Assembly: GCA_963707635.1 (NCBI GenBank)
Contig: OY970173.1
Coordinates: 832,001 to 896,000 of the forward strand
From: Candidatus Latescibacterota bacterium
GTDB taxonomy: Bacteria > Krumholzibacteriota > Krumholzibacteriia > WVZY01 > JAKEHA01
Length of the DNA: 64,000 bases
Reading direction: 5' to 3'
Shown here: positions 42,769-52,362 of the stretch, one piece after another
Layout of the letters: every line of letters starts with the position of its first letter
Numbering within the stretch: the stretch's first letter is position 1
Made by a program: the position numbers and the translations under genes
The notes under the pieces: model-generated
The model's input: only the letters and a program-made list of their open reading frames with translations
Database searches by the model: none
What the model was told of the DNA's origin: nothing

Positions 42769-45065
42769 CATCCCCCCTGCGGGGGCGCCGGCTTGATGCT
42801 CAGTTTCTTGTCGATGTAACTCTGGAGCGTTCGCGCCCTCTGCAGCAGGGCCGGATCGCGTTCCTGCGCGAAGAGGAGCGTCAGGTACGGCCTGGCCGCG
42901 TCCGGCCGCTCGAGCTGCACTTCCAGATACGCTGCATAGTAGAGTGCGAGCGAATGGTCGGGCGCGTAGGCAAGCACGTCGGCCACCTGCGCGCGCGCCT
43001 CCTGGTAGCGGCCGAGGCTGATCAGCACGTCGGCGAGCGCCATGTGGGCGCGGGTGAATCTCGGCGCCTGTTTCACGCACCACGTCAGGCGCGTGCGAGC
43101 GACCTGTGAATCCCCGGCCGCACCCCGGTTCATCGCCTCCGCGCAGGTAATGATGAGATGGACCACGCGCTCGCGAAACTCGCCGAGGTTTCGTCCTGCC
43201 TGCTCGAAAAGATCTACTTGATAGAACAGCGGGTGGTCGGTCAGAAACACGGGCTCTGGCGCGGCGGTGACTTTGAACAGCCGGTAGTGGTCGTTCTCGT
43301 AGACGAGCGTGAAGTGGCGGATCGACGCGGGGTCGAAGTGCATCCGATACGCGACTGACGCGGGGTCGACCGACGCCACGCCCGCCAGGTAGCGCGGCGA
43401 ATACGGGCCCGCGTCCAGCAGGACGTCGATCGAGTACAACACGTAGTCGATGCGCAGGCGCCGGCACGTCTCGTAGAGCGCTTGCTCGTCGCCGCACAGG
43501 GCCCGCGTCAGGGCGACATGGCGTTCGCACGCGGCCCGCGACGTCGCCCCGGGGAGCTGCACGATGGTCCGCCCCGAAAACGCGAGCAGGAGCGCGGAGA
43601 GACCGTCGGGGGCGAGAACGGATTCGCTCACGGACGTCCGCGTGGCGACGAAGCGGATCAGCTCGCGGTCCGTGTTCTCCAGGCTCACCCACACGAAAGC
43701 ACCCGGATCGCGGTAGGCCACGCCGGCGGCCCGGGCGAGCTGAAACGTCGGGTCCGCGACCGAGCCGCGCAGCGCCACCGAGGAAAAGGCGACGAAGCCG
43801 CCGAGGGCCACGAGGACCGGGCGCATCCACGGGCCCGATTTCAGCGCGCGCACGCCGCCCGACGCGAAGGGAATCATGGCAATAGCCGCGACGGGAAGCG
43901 CGCTGCGGTCGATCGCCGCCGCGGCCGCCGCCGCGATCGCGGTCACACCCGCCGCGACGAACTGGGGACGGCGCGCGCGGCACGCCCGGCACAGCAGGGT
44001 GGCGCCGGCCAGCAGGCCGAGCGGCACGAACAGCTGGAGGGCCGGGTGTGGTGCGAGCGGCGCGTGGTCGAGCGACCACAGGGAGCGCATCCAGTCCGAG
44101 AGCGTGGTCGCGGACTCCGGACGGCCGAAGAGGAAACGCAACCGGGTGAAGACGTACGTGATCGCAGGGAATTGCTCCGGCGCGCCCGTGCGAAGCGGAG
44201 TCGCGAGCACGGCCAGCACCGCCGTGCCGACCAGCAGCAACGCCGCCGGACGCCAGGTGCCGCGCCGGCGTTCGGGCAGCGCCGCCACCGCGATAGAGGC
44301 CAGTGCCAGTGCCGTGGTCCAACCGGCGAGCGCACGCGTGGACACGAGGTGGGGGAAGAGAGCGCCCGCCGCGGCAAGCGCGACGGCGTGGGCGCCGACG
44401 AATACCACCCGGGCGCCGCGTTCGATTCGCGACAACGCCACCGGTACGATCCACGCGAGCAGCACAATCGAAGCCGGCTCCCACGCTGCGCACAGGCCGG
44501 CGGCGATGACCGCGGCGCCGAGCGCCCAGACGCGCGACCGGCTGGTCAGGGCGCGCAACGCGACGACGGCGTGCAGGCTGCCCACGAACATCGCGAAGAC
44601 GGAGTGGGAGAACACGCGACCGTTGGTGGCGCCGATCAGCGGAGCGAGGAAGGCGACCAGAAACGCGGCCGTCAATCCGGCCGCCTGGCAGTCCCACAGC
44701 CGGCGCGAGAGCGCGTACGCGGTGAACACACACAGCGCGGCGCACAAGGCAGTCAGCCGGCGCGTGAAGGGCCGCCCGTCGGTCTCGCCGAAAAACCTCG
44801 CCAGCCGGAACGCGTGGCCGGTCGTGATTTCGACACCGGAAGCGCGCACCCGGTCGGGGACGAAGCCGTCGGGGTGGGCGGCCTTCACGTCGCGCGCGGA
44901 CAGGGAGACGCCGTCCGCCACCTCCATCGCGTGACGGTAGTCCATTGCCGCCGTGCCCTTGAAATAGGGGGAGTCCAGCCGGTTCGTGCTGGCGTGGCGG
45001 GTCACGAGCGCCGCGAGCAGGAGGGCGAGCAGAGTGACGGAAACGACCGGTTTGGAAAGCGTCAT
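42768..45065 (-). CDS. Polytopic membrane protein, GT-C/STT3-like architecture, with C-terminal TPRs
   Basis: More than 10 TM helices, a periplasmic 'IDYVLY' segment and a TPR-like tail; family assignment tentative. Confidence 0.5.
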   Translation of the reverse strand: MTLSKPVVSVTLLALLLAALVTRHASTNRLDSPYFKGTAAMDYRHAMEVADGVSLSARDVKAAHPDGFVPDRVRASGVEITTGHAFRLARFFGETDGRPFTRRLTALCAALCVFTAYALSRRLWDCQAAGLTAAFLVAFLAPLIGATNGRVFSHSVFAMFVGSLHAVVALRALTSRSRVWALGAAVIAAGLCAAWEPASIVLLAWIVPVALSRIERGARVVFVGAHAVALAAAGALFPHLVSTRALAGWTTALALASIAVAALPERRRGTWRPAALLLVGTAVLAVLATPLRTGAPEQFPAITYVFTRLRFLFGRPESATTLSDWMRSLWSLDHAPLAPHPALQLFVPLGLLAGATLLCRACRARRPQFVAAGVTAIAAAAAAAIDRSALPVAAIAMIPFASGGVRALKSGPWMRPVLVALGGFVAFSSVALRGSVADPTFQLARAAGVAYRDPGAFVWVSLENTDRELIRFVATRTSVSESVLAPDGLSALLLAFSGRTIVQLPGATSRAACERHVALTRALCGDEQALYETCRRLRIDYVLYSIDVLLDAGPYSPRYLAGVASVDPASVAYRMHFDPASIRHFTLVYENDHYRLFKVTAAPEPVFLTDHPLFYQVDLFEQAGRNLGEFRERVVHLIITCAEAMNRGAAGDSQVARTRLTWCVKQAPRFTRAHMALADVLISLGRYQEARAQVADVLAYAPDHSLALYYAAYLEVQLERPDAARPYLTLLFAQERDPALLQRARTLQSYIDKKLSIKPAPPQGG

Positions 45066-45099
45066 TCGACCCGCGCCTGATTCGAACGTTGCGGGAGAA

Positions 45100-45867
45100 T
45101 CAATACCCGGTCGGCGCCGGAAGGAACACACCCGGCAGCCCGAAACGGCGTTGCACGTGACGATCGAGCGCCTTGAGCCCGACGGTTTCGGTGGCGTAGT
45201 GGCCGGCGAAGACCAGATTGATCCCGGCTTCCTTCGCCGGATGCACGGCGGCGTGCGCCGACTCGCCCGTCACCAGCACGTCGCAGCCGGCGCGTGCCGC
45301 CGCCTCTGCGAACATCGCGCCGCCGCCCGACACGATCGCCACGCGCTTGATGTTCGCCGGCCCGAACGCCAGCAGGTCCACCTTCACGCCGAGCGCGTTT
45401 TCAATAGAACCGACAAGCACGGCGCGCTTGAGCGCCCGCGGCGCGGTCGCGACCACGCCGATGTCGACGCCCTTGTAGTCGCCGAAGGTCGCCGTCACTT
45501 TCAACCCGAACAGGCGGGCGAGTTCCACATTGTTCCCGACTTCGCCATGACAGTCCAGGGGTAGGTGCGCGCAGTACAGGGAGACGTTGGTCTCGATCAG
45601 CGCCTTCACGCGCCGGTGCAACGTGCCGATGATCCGTTCGCGGCGTCCCCACCACAATCCGTGGTGAACGATGAGAAAGCCTGCACGCGCTCTTTTCGCC
45701 GCTGCGATGGTATCCACCGCCGCGTCGACGGCGTACGCGACGCGGCGTACGCGGTCGGCGCCCTGCACCTGCAGACCGTTCGGGGATGAGTCGTGGATGG
45801 CGGCGACGCGCAGATAGCGATCGAGATAGGCGACGAGTTCGTCGCGGAGAACGGGTTGCTTCACCAT
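45100..45867 (-). CDS. Nif3-like dinuclear metal-center protein
   Basis: 'NGLQV', 'VHHG', 'HLPLD.H...GNN', 'GHYATE'. Confidence 0.93.
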   Translation of the reverse strand: MVKQPVLRDELVAYLDRYLRVAAIHDSSPNGLQVQGADRVRRVAYAVDAAVDTIAAAKRARAGFLIVHHGLWWGRRERIIGTLHRRVKALIETNVSLYCAHLPLDCHGEVGNNVELARLFGLKVTATFGDYKGVDIGVVATAPRALKRAVLVGSIENALGVKVDLLAFGPANIKRVAIVSGGGAMFAEAAARAGCDVLVTGESAHAAVHPAKEAGINLVFAGHYATETVGLKALDRHVQRRFGLPGVFLPAPTGY

Positions 45868-45875
45868 CGCCGTCG

Positions 45876-48800
45876 CTATTTGAAGCGTTCGTAGCCGCGC
45901 AGGCGTGAGTACAGGGTGGGCTTGGTGATGCCGAGCAGGCCCGCGGCCTTGGTCTTGTTGTCGATGTGTACCGACATCTTGCTCGCGAGCAGGGTTTCGA
46001 TCTGCGGCATCAGCGGATTGGAATCGGAATAGGCGCCGCTCTCCACCATCTGCTGCGCGAGCTGTTCGAGCGACTCCCAGCGCTGGCGCCCGCCTCCCGC
46101 CGCGCGCTTCAGAAAATCGTCCGGAAGCGACGCCGGTTCGACGATGTCATCGTCGCACAGCAGCACGATCTGTTCGAGCACGTTTTGGAGCTCGCGCACG
46201 TTGCCGGGCCACTTGTACTTCTGGAACAGCTTGATGGTTTCGCTGGAGAGCCGCTTCAGCGCTTTGCCCTGCGCGTGGCAGCGCTTCTTGACGAACTCCT
46301 GGGCGATCAGGATCAGGTCCTCCTGGCGGTCGCGCAGCGGCGGGAGCTCGATCTGGATCACCTTGAGGCGGTAGTAGAGGTCTTCGCGGAAGCGACCCTC
46401 CTTCACCAGCCGCTCGAGGTCCTCGTTGCTGGCCGCGATGATGCGAACGTCGGTCGAGATCTTCTGCGTTCCGCCCAGGCGCGTGAAACTCTTGGTTTCC
46501 AGGTAGTGCAGGAGCTTCGACTGGGTGTCGAACGGCATCACGTTGACGTCGTCGAGGAACACGGTGCCGCCATCGGCGATCTCGCAGCGCCCCATCTTGC
46601 GCTGCACCGCCCCGGTAAATGCGCCGCGCTCGTGGCCGAACAACTCGCTTTCGAGCAGGCTGTGCGGAATCTCGGCGCAGTGGATCGACTGGAAGACGTG
46701 CCGCCGCCGCGGACTGTTGTAATGAACGGTCCGCGCCAGCTCGGTCTTACCCGTCCCGCTCTCGCCGAAGATGAGGATACCCGTGTCCATGTCCTTGATC
46801 TTGTCGATCATGCGAAACACCTTGCGCATCGACTCGTCGCGCCCGATCAGGCTCTGGAAGCGGTGGGGCTCCGCCGCGGGCGCACCCAGCTCGTCGAGCT
46901 CGCGCTCGAGGCTGCGCTCCTTGTGGGAGCGCTCGTCGAGGTGGATGCTCAAGCGCAGGTCGCCGGCGACGTGGCGCCCGATGCAGGAGATGAATGCGAT
47001 CTCTTCTTTCGACTCCGGCACCGCCGCGGCCGGCACGTGGAGGACGACGCAGCCGAGGTCGCGGCCCATCGATTTCATCGGGACGATCACGAGCCGGAGG
47101 TCGGGGTCGGCGGGAGGCGCGGTCCCCATGATATCCGTAATCTCCGGCGATCCGCCGTGGAGCACGGTGCCCAGCTGCAGCGCGCGGGTGAGCACCGCCT
47201 GCATGGTCGGGTCGGTAATCGGCTCCTCCTCACCCGTCGCGCTCACCCCGGCGAACCGTTCGTCGTCGGCGCGCAGCGCCAGTGTGCAGCGGGTCGCACC
47301 CGCGAGGTCCTTGAACACATGAATGATGCGCCGCACGAACGAGCCCTTGTCCTCGGCGTACTCCGAGAGGCTGGCGAGTTCGTAGAAGGCGTACAGGAGT
47401 TTCTGGGACTCGGTCCCCGACGCGCCCGACGGGAGCGGATTCTCGCGCAGGGTCTGCTGCAGGGCGACGATCTCCTGCGGAATCTCGTGGCCGATCTGCG
47501 ACTTGATCAGGTCCTGCGCCCGGTCCAGGTAGCGCTTGGCGTCGAGCGTCTTGCCCGAGCGAGCGTGCGCGAGCCCGGCCTTGGCGAGGCAGGCCGCCGC
47601 CATGCGGTTCTTCGAGAGGGTCGCGTAGAGGGTGGTGGCTTTCTCGAAATGATCGACCGATTCGTCGTGCAGGTCCTCCGCCGCGCGAAAGTCGCCCCAG
47701 ATTTCCTCCGTCTGCGCCTGCTCGTAGCGCGATCCGATCTGCTGCGCCAGCCGCGACGCCTCGCCGATGGCCGCGCGCGCGTCTTCGTGCCGACCCCGGC
47801 GGATGTAGAGCTTGGCCAGCCGCTTCTGCGCGCCCATCTCCTCGTTCACGGTCGCGAGCCGGTGCGCGTGCTCGAGCGCGCGCAGGTAGTGCTGCTCGGC
47901 CTCGTCGAGCTGGTCGCGGCTCAAGACGATGTCGCCGAGCGTGTTGTGGTTCTCCGCGACCAGCTGGGCCAGCCCGAGCCGCGAGCTGATGCGCAGACTC
48001 TCCTGACACTTGCGTTCCGCTTCGTCGGAGTTGTGCACCTCGAGATAGAGGCACGCCAGGTTGAGGAACCCGCCGGCGATGCCGGCCTCGTTGTTCTGGC
48101 GGCGCTTGAGGTCGATGCTGCGGTGGAGGTGGTCGAGGGCCTTGTCGTATTCGCCCTTCGCCTGGTAGGCGAGCGAGAGGTTGTTGTACGAACCCGCCAG
48201 CGCGTTCTGGTCTTCCTCGCGCTGGCGCAGGAACGCGCTCTGCTCGTAGTTCGAGATCGCCTCGTCGTAGCGGCTGGTGTTGAACGCGATCACGCCCAGC
48301 AGGTTCAACGCCTGCGCCACCACCAGCGGGTGCTCGTTGGGGTTGAGCGTGTTGACGGTGAACTTGCACGAATCGACGCAGCTCGAATAGTCGCCCAGCC
48401 GGTACTGGAGCCAGCCGATGTCGTTCAACAGACGGGCCTGTTCGGCGAGGCTCAAGTACGCAGCCACGTCCTCGCGGGTATCCTCGAGCAGCTCGAGCGC
48501 TTCGCGGATTCGGCCGCGCGCGGACCACGCGTCTGCGAGAAGCCGCGTGGCTTCGCAGGCGAGCGCTGCGTTCGCCCGCGCGTCGTCGCCGGTCGCGCGC
48601 AGGGAACGCGCGCGCGTGAGGATCGTCTCCGCCTCCGACTGGCGGCCGCGCGCGAGCAGGTCGTCGCCGAGCCGCACCAGCAACACCAGTTGCTCGCCGT
48701 AGGGGAGGTGACGGTACAACTCGTCCTCGACCACGTCCCGGAGCAGCCCGTCCAGGAACGGGGCGCGCTGCGGGCGCGTCGAATGCCCGACGAACGCGGC

Positions 48801-50321
48801 CGCGGCCGCGGCCGCGGCGTCGCCTTCCCCGGCGCACACGAGGTGTTCGTACACGAACATCGGGGGGAAGATGCCGCGTTCTTCGGCGATGCGGGCGACG
48901 GAACGGTGGAGATTGCGCCGCCGCGACTCCGGGATGTGTTCGCGCACGTGCCGTCGTAGCGTCGCGCCCGGCACGCGCAACGTGGTCAACGAATTACCCG
49001 ACGGCGGCAGCCGCCGTGTTTCGACCGCCAGGAGACCGGCGCCCGCCAGCGCGTGGATGTGGCGGTGCACGACGCGGTCGGCGCCGGGATATATCGAGAG
49101 GACCATGTCGAAGGGGAGCGGCACCCCGGCCACCGCCACCAGCTCCAGCAGCTGCCGGGCCTGCGGATCGAGAGCCTGGAGGTCGTCGAGCGAGCGCCCG
49201 GGAGCCGGCCCGAGGTCGATCCGGTGCACGCCCCGCGGCGAGCGGCTCTGAATCGCGTCCAGAAACGCGTCCGGCGCGCCGTCGGCCGTGGCAATGGCGA
49301 CGACGAGCCCCGTCCCGGGCCGCTTGTCGAGGTTCGCGATGTGTTCGAGCAGCGGGGCGTGGAGGAGGCGCCGCTCGTCGGCGTCGTCGACGAGCCACAC
49401 CGACGCCCGCGACGTCGCGTCGCGCGTCGTGCCCCGGCGCCGTGCCGGACCGGGCAGGTCCCATTCATCGAACCAGTGCGCGTCCACCCCGCCCGCGCGC
49501 AGGTGGTCGAGGATGGCGGCCAGCGCCGCCGTGCGACCGCTGCCGGCGGGCCCCGAGACCACGACCACCCGGGCGCCTTCGATCGCGGCCGCGGCGGCCG
49601 CCGCATCGATGGAGGGCGTCGCAGGTGTTGCTCGAGGCGTGTGCGGGCCCGGCGTGGCGGAGGCGAAGAGGAATTCAGCGGCCTCGGCGGTCGAGGCGAT
49701 GCGCGCAGCGGACACTTCCGTCGCGAGCGCGCGTATTCGCGCCGCCCGCGCGGCGGAGGCGCTCGCTGCGAGCGTTGTGGCCGTCGTCACGAAGCCTGCC
49801 ACGTGCACGGCTCGTCCCCACCGTGCCGAGCCGACGGGGTCGCTGGTGCGCACCGTGTCGGCCACATCGGGCGGGAACGAATAGGCGCCCGGAAGAATGA
49901 CGATCCGGCCGCACTCGTCGACGCCGAGCAGTTCCGGCGACAGACGCGTGGCGAAGAAGGCGTTCGCTTCCAGGGTATCGAGCGCGCCCGCGAGTGACTT
50001 CAGCGCGCTCTCGACGGCGGCTTCGGTGTGTATCGATGCGAGCGGTGCCGCGTAGGGAGTCAGGATCTCGAGGCGTCCTTCGTTGGCAATGACTTCGAGC
50101 GCCGGAAGACAGACGTCCGGTGCGATCGCGTGCGCCGCTTCGCAGCGGAACATGAACGCGCCCACGTCGGCCCGCACGACCGTCTCGATCGGGGCCCAGC
50201 TCACCAGGTAGCGCCGCTCGCTGATGGGGTCGACGTGACCGGTCATCCGCCAGGGCAAGGCCGGACGCACCTCCTCGAACGGCTCGAGGTTTCTCCGGAA
50301 TGCGCGGATCGAGGATTCCAT
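45876..50321 (-). CDS. Large sigma54-dependent enhancer-binding protein (degenerate kinase-like/P-loop, TPR, GAF-like, AAA+, HTH)
   Basis: GESGTGKT, ESELFGHERGAFTGA, FREDLYYRL, WPGNVREL and a C-terminal HTH; TPR array; N-terminal 'GPAGSGRT'. Confidence 0.92.
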   Translation of the reverse strand: MESSIRAFRRNLEPFEEVRPALPWRMTGHVDPISERRYLVSWAPIETVVRADVGAFMFRCEAAHAIAPDVCLPALEVIANEGRLEILTPYAAPLASIHTEAAVESALKSLAGALDTLEANAFFATRLSPELLGVDECGRIVILPGAYSFPPDVADTVRTSDPVGSARWGRAVHVAGFVTTATTLAASASAARAARIRALATEVSAARIASTAEAAEFLFASATPGPHTPRATPATPSIDAAAAAAAIEGARVVVVSGPAGSGRTAALAAILDHLRAGGVDAHWFDEWDLPGPARRRGTTRDATSRASVWLVDDADERRLLHAPLLEHIANLDKRPGTGLVVAIATADGAPDAFLDAIQSRSPRGVHRIDLGPAPGRSLDDLQALDPQARQLLELVAVAGVPLPFDMVLSIYPGADRVVHRHIHALAGAGLLAVETRRLPPSGNSLTTLRVPGATLRRHVREHIPESRRRNLHRSVARIAEERGIFPPMFVYEHLVCAGEGDAAAAAAAAFVGHSTRPQRAPFLDGLLRDVVEDELYRHLPYGEQLVLLVRLGDDLLARGRQSEAETILTRARSLRATGDDARANAALACEATRLLADAWSARGRIREALELLEDTREDVAAYLSLAEQARLLNDIGWLQYRLGDYSSCVDSCKFTVNTLNPNEHPLVVAQALNLLGVIAFNTSRYDEAISNYEQSAFLRQREEDQNALAGSYNNLSLAYQAKGEYDKALDHLHRSIDLKRRQNNEAGIAGGFLNLACLYLEVHNSDEAERKCQESLRISSRLGLAQLVAENHNTLGDIVLSRDQLDEAEQHYLRALEHAHRLATVNEEMGAQKRLAKLYIRRGRHEDARAAIGEASRLAQQIGSRYEQAQTEEIWGDFRAAEDLHDESVDHFEKATTLYATLSKNRMAAACLAKAGLAHARSGKTLDAKRYLDRAQDLIKSQIGHEIPQEIVALQQTLRENPLPSGASGTESQKLLYAFYELASLSEYAEDKGSFVRRIIHVFKDLAGATRCTLALRADDERFAGVSATGEEEPITDPTMQAVLTRALQLGTVLHGGSPEITDIMGTAPPADPDLRLVIVPMKSMGRDLGCVVLHVPAAAVPESKEEIAFISCIGRHVAGDLRLSIHLDERSHKERSLERELDELGAPAAEPHRFQSLIGRDESMRKVFRMIDKIKDMDTGILIFGESGTGKTELARTVHYNSPRRRHVFQSIHCAEIPHSLLESELFGHERGAFTGAVQRKMGRCEIADGGTVFLDDVNVMPFDTQSKLLHYLETKSFTRLGGTQKISTDVRIIAASNEDLERLVKEGRFREDLYYRLKVIQIELPPLRDRQEDLILIAQEFVKKRCHAQGKALKRLSSETIKLFQKYKWPGNVRELQNVLEQIVLLCDDDIVEPASLPDDFLKRAAGGGRQRWESLEQLAQQMVESGAYSDSNPLMPQIETLLASKMSVHIDNKTKAAGLLGITKPTLYSRLRGYERFK

Positions 50322-50392
50322 TCACCACCCTCGTTCAGTAAGCGGTAGCAGGGGCCAGCAGTCACCCGGACAATAATTATCCGGGTTAAATT

Positions 50393-50420
50393 ATTTTACC
50401 ATAGCGGCGGGGAAAGGCAA
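50393..50420 (-). promoter_or_regulatory. Putative sigma70 promoter of the EBP gene (TTGCCT-16-TAAAAT, TG extension)
   Basis: AT-rich intergenic segment; followed by an ACCCGGA-N9-TCCGGGT inverted repeat at 50364-50386. Confidence 0.5.
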
Positions 50421-50458
50421 GGGGGTAGGTCGCCAGCCGGGCCGGATTTGCGAAGATT

Positions 50459-50818
50459 CTAGGTGAAATACAGGATCCGCCCGCAGCTCTCGCAGGTCAT
50501 GACTGCGTTCTTTTCGTAGCGGAAAGAGGTCGGAACCTTGGCGAAGCACCCGGTGCACAGCTCGTTGACGACGGGGACGACGGTGCGGTCGTAGTTCTGC
50601 GAGACGCGCTGGTAGCGGTTCAGAAGCTGGGGTTTTACGTGTTCGGTGAGTTCGGCTCGCGCCTTCTTCAACTCCGAGAGACCGTCCTGGGGAAAGCCCA
50701 TCTCCTGCATTTTTGCCGAGTGGCCGCCGTCCTCCGCTTCCTTGATCATGTGGTCGAGATCCTGCAGCGCGACCAGCAACCGGGCCTGGTCCTGTTTCCT
50801 CGCCGGGTGTTCGCTCAC
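50459..50818 (-). CDS. C4-type zinc-ribbon protein (zf-RING_7/DUF164-like, short form)
   Basis: 'LQDLD' N-terminus; 'CTGCF...CESCGRILY'. Confidence 0.85.
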   Translation of the reverse strand: MSEHPARKQDQARLLVALQDLDHMIKEAEDGGHSAKMQEMGFPQDGLSELKKARAELTEHVKPQLLNRYQRVSQNYDRTVVPVVNELCTGCFAKVPTSFRYEKNAVMTCESCGRILYFT

Positions 50819-51300
50819 AAGCCCTTCCCTTCGATGATGGTTTTCAATTCCGAAAAATTCGACGCCCTCGCCACCTGCTCGCGGGACGCGTCGTCCTTGA
50901 TGAGGTCCACGACACGGCCGAGGACCTGGAGATAGAGATTGTCGCGATCCTGCGGGGGCGCGATGATGAGGAAGAACACGTGCGTGGGTTTCTTGTCGAC
51001 CGAATCAAAGTCGATTCCGGCGACCGAGCGTCCGAAGACGATGGAAAGCTCGCGCACCGCGAGCGTGCGTCCGTGCGGGAACGCCACCCCTTTGCCGATG
51101 GCCGTGCTGCCGAGGCTCTCCCGGTTCAGGAGCATCTCCAGGATCAGGCCGCGATCCTTGATCTCCCGTTCGGAACAAACCGCTTCGACCATCTCGGCCA
51201 GCGCGTCACGTTTGGTGGCGGCCTTGAGATCGAAGATGCAGAGAGATTCCCGAAAGTACGAAGCGAGTTCCTGTGGAGTCATCACCAGTGTGGACGTCAT
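50815..51300 (-). CDS. PTS EIIA (Fru/Ntr-type) domain protein
   Basis: 'RESLGSTAIGKGVAFPHGR', 'GIDFDSVD'. Confidence 0.92.
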   Translation of the reverse strand: MTSTLVMTPQELASYFRESLCIFDLKAATKRDALAEMVEAVCSEREIKDRGLILEMLLNRESLGSTAIGKGVAFPHGRTLAVRELSIVFGRSVAGIDFDSVDKKPTHVFFLIIAPPQDRDNLYLQVLGRVVDLIKDDASREQVARASNFSELKTIIEGKGL

Positions 51301-51420
51301 TGAGCCGCCGACGCGCGTGGCGGCCAACGTACAGGGTGGAAACTATCAGAATCGGGGAGTATCCTCAACCTCAATTTGCGGCAACTCCCGTCCGCGGTTC
51401 CAAACCGGCCCCGACCCGCC

Positions 51421-52359
51421 ATGGAAGAAACACCCGTTAACGGCCTCGTGATTCGTGTGACCGGGGGCGAGGTCCGCGTACGCGTGGGCTCCGAGGTGGT
51501 GGCGTGCTCGCTCCGCGGCCGCTTTCGGGTGAAGCAGGCGGACATCCAGCTGGTCGCCGGGGACCGGGTCGCCATCCTCCGCGAGGCCATCGCCGGCGTG
51601 GCAACTGGCGTTGCTACTATCGAGAGCGTCGAGCCCCGCGTTTCCTGGCTTTCCCGGTACGTGGAGCGCGAGGGCAAGACCCGCGCGGTGGTGGCCAACA
51701 TCGACCGGCTGTTTGTCGTGACCGCGCTGGCGGACCCCCCGCCCCGGCTGGCGTTCCTCGACCGGGTTCTGGCGTCCGCGGAGTGGGGCAACGTACCGGC
51801 GTGCGTCGTATTCAATAAGAGTGACCTGGCCAAGGGCGACGACCTCGGCCGCTTTCAGGCGATGTACGAAGCGTGCGGATACGACGTGGTTGCGACCAGC
51901 GCGACCCAGGGTCGCGGTCTCGATACGCTCGAGCCTCTGATCTCGGACGGCATCTACGCCTTCGTCGGCGAGTCCGGCGTGGGGAAGACGTCGCTGGTCA
52001 ACCGCCTCGACCCCAGCCTCGACCTGAACGTGCAGGAAATCGGGGAACGCACCGGTCGCGGCCGGCACACCACCTCGTACTCGCAGCTCTTTCCGTTCCG
52101 CGGTGGATACATGGCCGACACGCCGGGCATGCAGACGTTCAGTTTTCCGGGCAACGACGCAGGCGAGCTGGCGGCGTGCTTTTCCGACATGGCGGCGGTG
52201 GACGCGCCGTGCCGGTTCAACCCGTGCACACACACCCACGAACCGGGTTGCGCGGTGAAGGCGGCGCGCGACGCCGGCGCCATCGCGCCGTCGCGCTACG
52301 AGAGCTTCCTCGCCATCCTCGCGGAGATCAACGAACGGGCCAAGAGAAAGCGCTGGTAA
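51421..52359 (+). CDS. rsgA: Ribosome small subunit-dependent GTPase A
   Basis: NKSD, GESGVGKT, GRHTT, DTPG, CRF..C.H..EPGC. Confidence 0.95.
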   Translation: MEETPVNGLVIRVTGGEVRVRVGSEVVACSLRGRFRVKQADIQLVAGDRVAILREAIAGVATGVATIESVEPRVSWLSRYVEREGKTRAVVANIDRLFVVTALADPPPRLAFLDRVLASAEWGNVPACVVFNKSDLAKGDDLGRFQAMYEACGYDVVATSATQGRGLDTLEPLISDGIYAFVGESGVGKTSLVNRLDPSLDLNVQEIGERTGRGRHTTSYSQLFPFRGGYMADTPGMQTFSFPGNDAGELAACFSDMAAVDAPCRFNPCTHTHEPGCAVKAARDAGAIAPSRYESFLAILAEINERAKRKRW

Positions 52360-52362
52360 CCG

